DNA from: Phoronis australis
Taxonomy: Eukaryota; Animalia; Phoronida
DNA length: 64,000 nucleotides
NCBI GenBank assembly: GCA_002633005.1
Contig: NMRA01000095.1
Location: forward strand, 115,901-179,900
Reading direction: 5' to 3'
Part shown: positions 10,405 to 22,700 of the stretch, one piece after another
Layout of the letters: the number at the start of each line of letters is the position of its first letter
How positions within the stretch are numbered: position 1 is the stretch's first letter
Program-made: the position numbers and the translations under genes
The notes under the pieces: model-generated
Databases searched by the model: none
What the model saw: the letters and a program-made list of their open reading frames with translations, nothing else
Told to the model about the DNA's origin: nothing

Positions 10405-12082
10405 ACTTCCTCAAAACTTTTGCCAATTTTTGACAAATAAAAAGTGCCACGTAACTTGTGTCAGATCAGTTTTGAGACAAAGTAGTTTGAACACAGCTGC
10501 ATTAAAATATGTGTAGCTTTGTAGGCCTTTGTATAATATCATGGCTTCTCGATCCGGTAAGCATAATTGTCAGGGTATTTACAGATGCTATGTCTCATTA
10601 AATTTGGAGCATGCACAACAACCCCAGTGGGGTCTTCCGGTGTGCTGGAAACCATCCGAGAGCCAGTTACCGTTACAATATCGAAAAAGTCTCGTTTTGC
10701 AACACTATGTATTTGTAAATGAGTAATATGTCGTCGTTACTCTAATAAAATAAGGCAAAGTTTTTACTGTTTGCTCATGTTTTTCAGTGTATCAGTTGCA
10801 TGTATGTGTTTTTCAAAACTGCAATTTATTTACAAATTGTTTCTTTTCCTCATTATACTTGCCCGCACAGTTTTCCATGAGGTCAGAAGGTGGTGTTTGC
10901 TCCAAATATGAATATCTACGGTTTTAATGAGGCATATCACCTTTAATTACGGCCACGTCATACTGTATCGTCTACCCAACCAGTCAGCTCGATCGGGCAC
11001 AACTCAACGTTCAAAGGAATTTTTCTTATCGCTTCTTACTTGTCTCGAATATACACATTTGTGTCTTATTACAAGCCATCAACTGGATGTGTCAGGTAAA
11101 AACCCGAACAATTCCAGGGTCGGATCAAGGATTTTGAGTTAGGGGGACAGCCTAAAATATAGGGATGCAGGGGTCTCGAATTGTTGGGTTTGTGGACCTT
11201 GTTACTAAAAAATATGAATAATAAAAAAACGGTAAATGGTGTTTGTTCAAGGCAAACGCATTGTGCGTTAGCCCCCCCAAGCCCCTGGCCTGGGTGCGCG
11301 CGTATGCCACTCAGCAACTCACACCACGAACTTTCAAATGGTATCTGGAAGGATTTTAGGGGGGCATGGCTCCCTAGCCCCACCACCAAATCCTACACTA
11401 AATTTAACAAGATTAACTCAGTACGCAGAATGGCAACAAAATGCTAATTCACACTGTCTTGCCTCGTGTGAGGCACAGAACAGTTCTCACAGGAGTTCAC
11501 CTATCACAACACACCTCAATGGACTCTTCTCCCTTTCTTCACTCTGTCTATGCAAGCAAACAAAGACAAGTTTTGAGTCATTTCACATCTCAAGCCCTAC
11601 AGATGAACACAGGAAATTTATTCTCTATTTTACACTGTATTTTTGACCCTTTCACTCCCAGTAAAAAACAAGCTAGACTAAGAAAAAGAAGGGCAAAAAC
11701 ATGCAAAATCGGCACTTTTCAACCCTAAACCACCACTTTCCTGCCGATGCTCGACTAAAGCCAACACAAGATTCCGAAAGCAAATTTCCAAAAATGTGGT
11801 CCAAAAGTACAGCCACACCAACTATTTTTTTGCAAATCTGGCTTGTTTGAGGGCCACGGGCGGATCCAGGATTTTTATTTAGGGGGGGGGGCAGGGCAGA
11901 GTACTATCCAGGATTTTGGCAGTCAGACATTCGCACCCCCGAACTGCCAAATGGAATCTGGTTGAATTTTAGGGGGGGGGGGCAGTGACTTTGATTCGAA
12001 GTAGATGGACTCGCTCCGCAGCCATACATCTAATCCCCTAAAGCGTTAATCACATAGTATTTTTCTCAAATACTAACTAACA

Positions 12083-12904
12083 AACTAGGTTTGTGGTCCA
12101 AGTCTCGAGAATTTGAGTTATCAATTCAAATTTGAGGCTAAAACAAGGTTTATTTTCCGTTTAAGCATGCGCGCACCAATTTGGCGAAGTGGGCAAAAAG
12201 GTCCCCCTCAGAGAAACAAAAAGTCAGAGAAAACGAGACGAAAGTACACTAAAAAGGCACACATCAGCCATTTGGTAAATATGCATGTGAGGCCTTGCAC
12301 GGCACGAGATGACGCCCGGCAAAAATATGTATCCAACCACGTGTGAGACACAATGAAACAGTAGTCGCAGACGGAGGCGACACCTTTTTGTAGAAGATAG
12401 AAGCATACATGTATATATCTTACCAATTTTCCCAACATTGGGGTTTTAATGACCAAAATTAAAGCTGTACGTGGCTCACCATATTAAGTTTGGTTAAAAA
12501 CGGGAATGGAATTAGGTTTTGTGTCCTTACCTTGAAAGGATTAGGCCTATACTTCCGTTACCATCTCAGTTCACGGGCAATTTGAGCCATAGCCTATTCG
12601 ATTTCTTAATTTTAGGAATGGCCAACCCTGATAAATTCTGAAGGTTTTTCTTTTTTTTTACTCGTTTATGGTTTTGAAGTTCTTGTTGACAGCCGAAAAA
12701 GTATTCTATGACAGAGATAATGAGGCCAATTTAACGAAATCGGTCTCACTCCATCAAAATAGGCCATTTATGGACTAAATTGGGAGAAATTGAAAAAAAG
12801 GCTTTACAAGTCGTCACCAACGGAGCGTGAGTTTAATCCTTCACCGAGCATGGTTTCGAGTAGGAAACACGTAGCCCCTCGGTTGGCCGGTTAGGGGCTA
12901 CAAT
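12083..12904 (-). mobile_element. Probable Helentron-associated (HINE/DINE-1-like) non-autonomous element
   Basis: One end has a terminal hairpin GTAGCCCCT-loop-AGGGGCTAC-AAT (12871-12904), the other end has AACTAG. The architecture resembles 19045-20736. The left boundary is approximate. Confidence 0.4.
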
Positions 12905-13687
12905 ACTTCCTAATACTTTCTGTACGAATTTCGTTATGTATTTCAAACGGGCAGTAGGCCAAATCCTAGGGGCGTATCCAGGATTTTGATTTAGGGGGGC
13001 CAGGGCACAGGAATAACCAGAATTTCGGGGAGATGCGGAGGCCTCGAATTTTTGGGTTTGCGGACCTGTTGACTATATAAAAAACGGTGAACGGGGTTTG
13101 TTCAGGGCCTATGCAATGTTTATTCACTGCCCCGACCCCCCCTGGTTGTGCGCACCCGAGATGGTATCTGATAGAATTTTATGGGGGGGGGGGCATGGCC
13201 CCCTTGCCTTCCCTAAGTCCACCACTTATGAGGGCTACCTGAAATCGCGGCCAATTTCTCATTTGTTACACAGCAATGCACAATTGCATCAGGGGGTCAA
13301 CATCTTGAAGAAGAGTGCAGCTACAGCCGAGAAAGTGACCGTTTTGCATTCTTAACATGTTCACAAATAAAAACAAACCACATTCATTTGGCCTCCATAC
13401 AATACCCAACTAAAATGCTCCCAAGCCTGGTCTACCCCTAGATTTTAATATTTTGGGAGCGCAAACTGGTCAGTGCCTCCGTGGTACAAAAGCGTGCAAA
13501 ACTTAGTCACGTCACCGAAAGAGGTGTATAGACTTTATACATATGATTTCCCCATTGACTTACCACTGAGGGTATATTTACTCTCAGTCTCATCGTTCAT
13601 TTACCATCCCGCCAGGCTCTCAGTTATGCGCTGATAGCCAATCACAAAGGTCGGTTCAAAATTGTCACCATTGTCTTCTAAAGCGGA

Positions 13688-13757
13688 ATGGCAGCATCAT
13701 GGTTGGGATTCAATTTGCTGTTTATAATTAACTGTTGCGTTCTCACCCCTACTGCAA
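13688..13757 (+). CDS. VWDE-like membrane protein exon 1 (signal peptide)
   Basis: ATG, hydrophobic leader, A|gtaagt donor. Confidence 0.65.
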
Positions 13758-16700
13758 GTAAGTATTCACCATGCACAAAATACGTACTTCATAAATTTAC
13801 ACTTCATTTTTCGGTAGCTTTCACTCCATCAGACCTATTTTAGATATATGACTATTTAGGCAAGCTGTTTTGCAGTAAAATATACACTTTCATTGTCGAA
13901 CTGTAATCAGTGTATACAGGGATAGTTCTAGAACAACCTCGACCCCCACACCCCGCGTCCCTCTGAAACCTCGTCCCCCTCGACTCAGTATACAAGAGCT
14001 CGACTCAGTCTGAAAATAAAACAAGAGCTTACTTGCAAGTTTGAAGGCCAAAGACAGAAAAAACGACCAAATCAAATCAGAGCTACCAACGTTAAAATGT
14101 CGTTCCTGGCAGATTGCAATCGTCTCGTCTGCTCTTCAGTGAATGGCAACTTCAATCTTTTTACGGTGAGTGCGGCAAACAAACAAACTGTTATATTATC
14201 AGTAAATACAGTTTGAAAAAAGGGGCAACAAAAAAGCATTTCAACGTTATATGGAGTATATTGTAAACGAGTATTAAGCAGAAAGCAAGTTATGAAAATG
14301 TGAAATTATGTACATTGACCTCAACTTGCTCTCTAAGTTTAGTAGAATTGGGCAATTGGTAGCTGCTCGTGGAACTATTTTCGTGGCAACGATAGCGTGT
14401 TCGTCAAGCGCTATTTCAGATCACGTTCTCACGTCACTTTCTGTTTTTAATCACCAGACTTGAGCTGGAGCAGACTCGCGTGTCTTGTGGGAAAATCGCC
14501 CAGCGATGAAAAAGATAATGAAATATGCAAAAAGCTATAATACCTCTATTGCCACAGGTCATGGGTCGAGAGGTTCGTGGTTCGAGGGGGTCGAGGGGAT
14601 TGCATTTTTCTTCTGAAATTTTGATCTCTTTATTCAACACGTATTTTATAAGACCACATTTAGACAACAGTGATTCTTAGCATTACAAACAATTTTCATG
14701 GATTTTGCAGTAATTCTACTAAAAGGGCTTGTAATGCACTGGATAGGGTCATTTAGTGCAAAGATTATCTACTTTTCAAAAGATTGTTTCTCCTACATTT
14801 TTCAAGGAACTCTTTTCAATTTGAGCACACTGGTATAAACCTTTATGCCAGTCAAATAGGGTACTGTACTAAGCAACAGAGCCAACCATTTAGAAACAGT
14901 ATATCAAAGGTCATTGAAAGCAAATTAAGATTTTGAGCGAGAAACTTTACATATCTGTTTAGAAAATGCAATTGAATTTGAATTTTAAGTTTTCAGGTCA
15001 TTAGGTACAACCATGGGGCCATTAGGTGAACTTTTATTCTGAATATTTGACTACCTCATTCACTTTTTATTCTAAAATGCTTAAAGTAAGACATTTGTGA
15101 TTCTTTGCACTATCCACACTCTTCTTCGAGTTTACTTTCCTTCCCTCGTAAGGGCTCACAATGCATCGTCAAGGGTAAATTAGTGCAAAGGTAATCATAT
15201 TATCGACATGTAATTTCTCCTACAGTTTTATAGAATTACTTTTCATGTTGGTAATGGGTTGTTGTCAATAACTTCCCATAACTATTCCAGTAAAACGCAC
15301 GCGCAGAGTCCAATATGTCATGGTGTGTCTAGTTTGTCATTTGCACCACTTTGCATTTCCACACGAATCTGAAGGCTTCGTCAGTTTAGTTAAGGCTTAA
15401 ATTGAGTACCTTGGTTGTATTAATCAAAGAAGTTATTTTTAGCCTAAAGCAGGCAGAGTAGAGGAATTTCAGTCATTTTTTGCGACCTTTCTTCAGATTC
15501 ATTCTGTGTTATCAAGAGATATTATTCCATTAATCGGGATGTAAAATTCATATTCATCTGCTTCATTTTCAAGATTAAATTAAAGGGAACCATTAACGTC
15601 ACTGGTGAAAAGGCTTTGACAAAAGGAGAGTTTGAAACTTTTAACGAAGTTTTTTGCCCGCTGCCCAAATCACGCGTACGCCGCCGCATCGACGAGAAAG
15701 CTTCTGTCGGAATCCCGGTTACAGGTTACTATATTGGGGTCAGTAACGATGGCGTAGCAGTGAGTCAGAAGGTTTTGTTCGTCTCTTACGATTCTCTCTG
15801 CATTTCCTGCAATGCGTCAGGCTTCTGTGTTAAAAAGGTAGGTTCCATCTGTATTCGATCACATGCAAATCAATAGGGTGTCGTAAGAGGGCGGGGCAAA
15901 AACGATTTTCTAACTAATAAAAATGTTCACGTTCTACTTAAAACGTCCGCCGACAGGGTTTTTGTCGTGCCCGAAGGGCGCACTTCCTGGATACTCCTGA
16001 ATGTGTAGCCTTATCTGTCACATAATGATGTCATTTTCTCGAGGTTCGAATTTTTACTTCGTTTTCTTAGCAAGGCGTAACATTGAATTTTAAATGCTTT
16101 AATTTAATTTGAAAAACAACCATTATATGTTGAAAGGAATTGTAGGCCGTGAATTCGTGATCAATTAAAACTGGTCTTCTTTAAGCTTTACAGAGTCCTA
16201 GGAATCTCGCCAAATTAGTCGCAACTGTCAGCAGTGAAACTTGACAATAACGGACTCGTTTCGTCAACTATAAAATAGCAAAAGGCAAAAGCAAATAAAT
16301 GACTGTATAAGTGAAAGAAAAATGTTGTAGCAGTGGATATACATGTGTAGGGGCCCATGTCAATCCATCAATAGCAATTATAAGAAGTAAAGATCACCAG
16401 ACTCCCAAAATGCTGTTGGGAGCCTTACATGTACGGTCAACAGTAGCCATGAGACAATCGGGTCAGAGTTTGACAAACAGTTTTTTTAACCGTGTGCGTT
16501 CCCACAATGATTTTTTTACTCCGAGTGATGTACGTACACGGTGTTTGTAAGCAAGGGTCCAATCATTTACCTAAATACAATTACATTGTGTTTTTCTTTT
16601 CAGAACAAATCGTGCTTGATTGGAGGTTTCTGCTATTCCCCTGTTGAAGCAAATCCAGCCAACGCCTGCGAACAGTGTTCGGTGACAACAGACGAATATC

Positions 16701-19700
16701 GCTGGACGCCCAAATACGTGAGTACACATTACACATTTAAAAATATGCCAAAAACATGGATAATTACTGCATCCTGTTATCCATGTACGTCTGCAACTAA
16801 AAATGACGGCGATGGCTGAATTGCATTAACAAGGATAATGACCGGTGGCGATGGCGATCGGGACTGAAATACACTGGACATATAACGCGGTTTGGATAGA
16901 GTTTATGATACTTTTGGGATTTTTTTTTTGATGGATGACCTTCAAACGCCCACTGTTTTGTGCTCGAACAACAAATGCATTTAAATCATGGAAGTAATTT
17001 ATAGCTTTTCACACTTTGCCATAATTTAACTAAATCACATAAGACGTAGGCCTGCATGTAATGGTATTCGATGGTACCCTGCGAGTAGAGATCACACGCA
17101 GTTACCATGCAGCCAGCACGTTCGCGTTATCACCGGTTGATGTACAATGTAACCTCTTTAGCCATTGGTAAGCTTTACAACACAGTGAGAAAATGGCGGA
17201 CTATGAACGATTTTTGGTCTTGTCATGCAAGTGACGTAGCAGCAACTATTTCATTTCTCAGCGACAGTTGAAAGATGAACTCCGAAAAGGCGCAACCACA
17301 ATTTTCTGGGATTCACATTTCTTGGACATGAATTTTAAGCACCGATTTGTCTATACCACAGACCACATTTGCATCCTCTGTCAGTCATGCGTATTTGTTT
17401 GCGCAAACGCTACCTGTTGAGAATTCGACCAGCCAATCAGAAACGTCGGGTATTAAAAACAATTCCCGAGGAAAATAAAATGATGCCTGCCTGCTGGCTA
17501 CCATCTAGCGGCACGCAGGGAACCAGCGAGGTAATGGTATAGGTGTTCAATAACTATGTCATAAGGGCGCGTAAGATTGAGGCGAGTCATGTGCCTTCCG
17601 TACAATCGTGTAAACATCAGGGTGCCGAAACTCTGGCGACCGTATTAGGTCTACATGTATGACCCGAGACAGAGACAGTCGAGAAAACAAACACAGCGGA
17701 ACATATAGAGGATAGAACATTTAAGAGACATGTAACTTACTCTTCCGCTTGGTGCCAGTCTTAAATGTATATACTGTTAATACAATGTACATGTACATGT
17801 AAATGGCCTTAAGTGCACTTGGGCACGTGCTCATAACACAAAGCAATCGAGATGACAGTCTTTGGGAAATGTGGTACTTTATTTCTCCAGGAACTCCTCT
17901 TTGATAAGGGATAATGGAGTCACTAGTCGCTGTCGTTTTCCATTTTTCAAATATTTTGGATCTTTCTAAAAATTGGCATTATGTGTCTTTCTCTTAAGAA
18001 GTACTTGACTGATGGGATTGACTCGCTGGTAGGCCTACCCTACGTGCCGAGCCAGCACGCATGTATCACGCAGTGGAACGCGCTTTAGCATTGGTTGATG
18101 TCACCTCAGCAATCATTGGTTGGCTGTAAAACATCGTGGAAAAATGGCGGACTGCGATTGATTTTTAGCTTTAATTGTCATGCAAGTGGTGTTGCAGCAA
18201 CTATTTCGTTTCAGCAGTGATGTTTAATAGCCGCGTGCTTGAATTGAGCCGAGAGCTCGGCTGGCTTTTCCCTGTTTTTTTTTTTGCAATTAAGGCAGTC
18301 GGTAAGTTTGAAAGCCAAAAACAGAAAAAAATAACATCACCAAATCAAATGAAAGATCTACCAACCTTACAAATGTCGTTCCCCACAAAGAATTTTTTGT
18401 TCGACAGTTTCTAATAATAAGCAAACGCACCTAAGCTCTGTTCACCTAATGGCATTGGCAACTATTCCCAGTATACATAAATGAAAATCGCTTTGAATTC
18501 CTTTTTAACCAAAACAACAGCACTTGTTCATGCAGCCAAAATGATTGTTTTGCGAAATTGTTTAGTGAAATACGTAATGTAGAGCCAGGATACTCCTATT
18601 CAAGCTACAATGCCTGTTCACCATTCCTCCATGTTCACCGTTTGACTTGGCGGTCAGTTTGTGCTGGTGATGACACTGGTAGTAGGCTACTTGTAGCAGA
18701 TAAAGCACCTTCCAAGTGTGGAGTAATTCGAAGTGGACTCAAAGAAATCGCACACAACTGTAAGTGCTTGAGAGAAATAGCACCCACCTCACGAGAAACG
18801 AAGTTTGAGAAAAACTGAATTTATCCAAAGTGAAATGCTTTTTATGGGAAAAGAACCACAGTTTTATACAAAGGATTGCACCGATTAGAAAAGTATTCTA
18901 TCTAAACGAACGTCCGATCGTAAGCGAGGAAGATTATTGACTTCTTTCACAACCCATTAATTTTATGTTATTAATCTACTTTGAATCACGACTGTCGAAA
19001 TCTTAATCACTAACGTCTATTTTCAGAACAACACGTGCTTAATTATGTGCCCACATATTTATATGTGGGTGCATAATGCCGTCATCTCTGTCTGGGCGTC
19101 CGCGGCTGTATCTCCTAAACCCCTTACAGGATCTCATTGAAATTTGGCAGGTACGTTCCTATGGGGTTGACGACAGACGGCGACGAATTTTGGACCGACC
19201 CAAAGACTGCTGTGCCCCCTAGTGGCAAATTTAGTTTTTTGCGTTTGCCTCTGTATCTTCAAAGGTCCTCAACCGACTTTCATTAAATTTGGCACATAAG
19301 CATCTATTAATGAGTTGACGGTATTCTCTTGCTTTCGGACGGATTCGAGGCATTTTGCGCCATGTAGTGGCTATTTTTACTATTTTCGAGTCCGTTGTTT
19401 GGCGTCCGCACCTCTGTCAACAAAATCACTCTAAGGATGATTGCAAAAATTGGCATGTATGTTCTTACTATGAGGACGAGGGTTGACGATGATTTTCCGA
19501 CGACTTCGACTACTGTGGCGCCACGTAGTGGCAGTTTTGTTTGTTTTTGCGCCCATGGCTGTATCTCCTAAATGCCCTACATGATCTTTATTAAATGTAG
19601 CAAATGCGTTTACATGCAACGGACGGCGTGGACTTTCGGACAGATCGGACTACAGGTGTGCCCCCTAGTGGCAATTTTTATTAATTTTACGTTTTTCTCT

Positions 19701-22700
19701 GTATCTTCAACGGTCTTCAATGGATTTCTATGAAATTTGGCACATAGGCATCTATTTATGAGGTGTCGCTATCCTCCCGTTTTCGGATGAATTCAAGGTA
19801 TTTTGCGCCACCTGTTTTTGCGTCTCTTTGTTTGGCGTCCGTCCCTCCATCAACTGAACCACTCTAAGGATGATTGTGAAAATTGGCATGTATGTTCTTA
19901 TTATGAAGAGGACGGTTGACGATGATTTTCCGATGACTTTGACTACTGTGGTGCCTCCTAGTGGCAGTTTTGTTTGTTTTTGCTTCCATGGCTGTATCTT
20001 ATAAACGCTCTACAGGATCGTTGTTAAATGTAGCAAATGTGTTTACATAAAGTTAACAACGGAAGACGACGACTTTCTAGCGGGTCCGACTAGCACTTCC
20101 CTCTAAAGGCAATATAATTTTTTTCTGTTTTCCTCTGTTTCTCTGAAGTTGCTCGACGAATTTTCATGAAATTTGTTAAATAGTTTTCTTTCAGAGAAAC
20201 AGTGACATTTTCCGGTTTTCAGATGGATTCGACATATTTTAAGCCATTTTTTTCTGTTTTCTAGTCTGTTTTTGCCGCCTGCCCTCTGTCAACCAAACCA
20301 CTCTTAGGATGATTGTGAAAATTGGCTCATATCTTATTAGTGTGAAGAGGACGGTTGACGATGATTTTCCGGCTTCAATTTTTGTGGCGCCTCCTGTATC
20401 TCCTAAGCCCTCTGCAAAATGTTTATTAAATTTAGCAAGTGTATTGATATGACATTGACAACAGAAGACGGCAACTTTCAGACGGATCCGATGAACTTTG
20501 TCCCCTAGTGGCAATTTCATTTTTTCTATTTTGCTAAAGTTTCTTGACGGATTTTCATGAAATGTGGTAAATAGCTTTCTGTTAAAAAAAAACGGTGACA
20601 TTTTCTAGTTTTTTGATGGATTCAAAATATTTTGCACTCTTTAGTGGCCATTTTTATGATACAAATAAACACCGCAGAAGCACACCGTTTGCAGGGCATT
20701 CGTGGGCGCATTTCAACGCTCCGCGTTGCTCTTATTGCAGGATTCTGTTATTCACCGGGAGATGCAAATCCGTCAAATGTTCTGCTCAGTTACAATCAGC
20801 GACGACATGTTGAACCTTCATTTTTTCTTGTTTAGTTGTCTTAATGTCAAAATTAGGCAACCCATCAAAACAAAATGGGCCTTAAAATGTAGGCTTCATA
20901 CATGAACAATACGAGCGATACAGAAAATCGAAGGTTTGGCTAGCCGGTCTGCTCTACTTCTTCTATGAAAATGACGTCTTTAGAACGTATCTTACTATTG
21001 ATGTACAAGTACCCAATAGTTACAGTTTTTATGTATTTTTACGTTTATCTCCGTATCTTCTGAGTTCCATGAACTTTTGGAAATTATTTTTCTATTGAGG
21101 AGACACTATCACCTTCCCCTTTTCTGTTTGATTTTACATGCGCGCCACCCAGTGGCCTTTTTAATATTTTTGGTTCATTGTTGTCGTCAACCTAACTATC
21201 GGCTTAACCTTTTTAAGGGTCATTGTGAAACCCGGCATGTGTGTTTACCCTGGAAATACATGGCTGATGACGACGGTTATAACTGCTGTGACATCATCCT
21301 ACGGCAGTTTTATTGGGTCTATGGTTATGTGGATTTTGGATCAAATCAGACTATTTCTGAATCTCCTTGTGACGATTTTGTTTTTCTTTCCATTTGTCTT
21401 GATATCAATCAAGTTTCTGGATAATTATATGAAAACGGAGACATCCACTGAGATACGTACTGCGATTTCTCAATGTTCTATTTGTTCCTTAGTTCAATTT
21501 CTCAGATTGCCACCAGATGGTGCTTTATCCTGTACTTCGTTTTACAATTTTAGCTCTTATTTAATACTACATGTAGCCTACAGTGTTTTCACGCTGCTGC
21601 TGTACATGATAATGAGTAAAACGTATTGGCTATTGTGCAAAGATTCGAAACCGATATACAATTGTAAAAATATGTTCCAATGTCTCTAATGATTATGGCA
21701 ACATTCATTACCTGTATTAGGATCACTAACTTTTACTTTCTGAAGAAAAGAGTTTATTTCTGAGCTTTTATGAAAAGTCCTACACTGCAGCAATTGTAAT
21801 CAGCTATCCACACACAGTACATTTCAATGTTGCGTGATTGATGTTGGCCCATTTTTTATCTCTTAGAAAAAATTTATCTGCAAATTTTAGTCACATACTT
21901 TGAGTACATGAAGTTTATCGCATTTTTCGTAAATGTCACTGCATTTTGAATTTCCCTGTATAACTGAATCATTCGGCACCAAAAGGCCAATTAATTATAA
22001 TATACATGTATAAAGGTGTATAATTTTGAATGAATGCCTGACTAAATTATCAACAGCAAGTATGACGGATCCACACGCTAAAAACCAATATTTTTATATA
22101 CGGAGGGCAGAAATCGTTTGAATCTTTGAAATTATTTCCTCATTGGCTTAACCAGTCACTTTATAACCTCTCTGGATCATTTTCTATTTACGATACTATT
22201 TTACGCTCAGTTATTTTTCTCATGATAGTGACACATTTTAGAATTAAAAACATTTTAAGCCAGTCAGGTATGTGAAATGATGAATCAAAAACCGATAAAG
22301 GGCTTTTCAATGACTTGGGTATTACGCAGTTTGGTTGAAAAAACGGCGGAGTTACGAAATATTTTAGTATCAGAAGCATGACACGGTAATCTTTAATTTC
22401 TTAATCTCGCCAATATTCAGGTACTCAAGGCCTGTAGACATAATATGTTCAACCTTCATCTGAGCTGTGTTCTCCGACGGTGTTCAGCTAGTAGCTTATA
22501 TCAACATAAATTTGCTGCAATGAAAATGTTCCTTATAGCTTTAATTGCATACACAATTAAATGATGCTGTTTTTGCTTACATCAAATATGCTTAGAACTA
22601 AGCCATCGCTTCTTGTCCGTGCAAGGCAACTAATGTCGGCTAATATTGCCGGAAACTCTTGGACAGGTGGAAAACTAGAAATATATTTTCTGAATTCCAA

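Noticed and set aside
19045-20736. CRISPR-like repeat-spacer array
   Set aside because: Whole units, not just short repeats, are homologous; the context is eukaryotic with Helentron-like ends and no cas genes.
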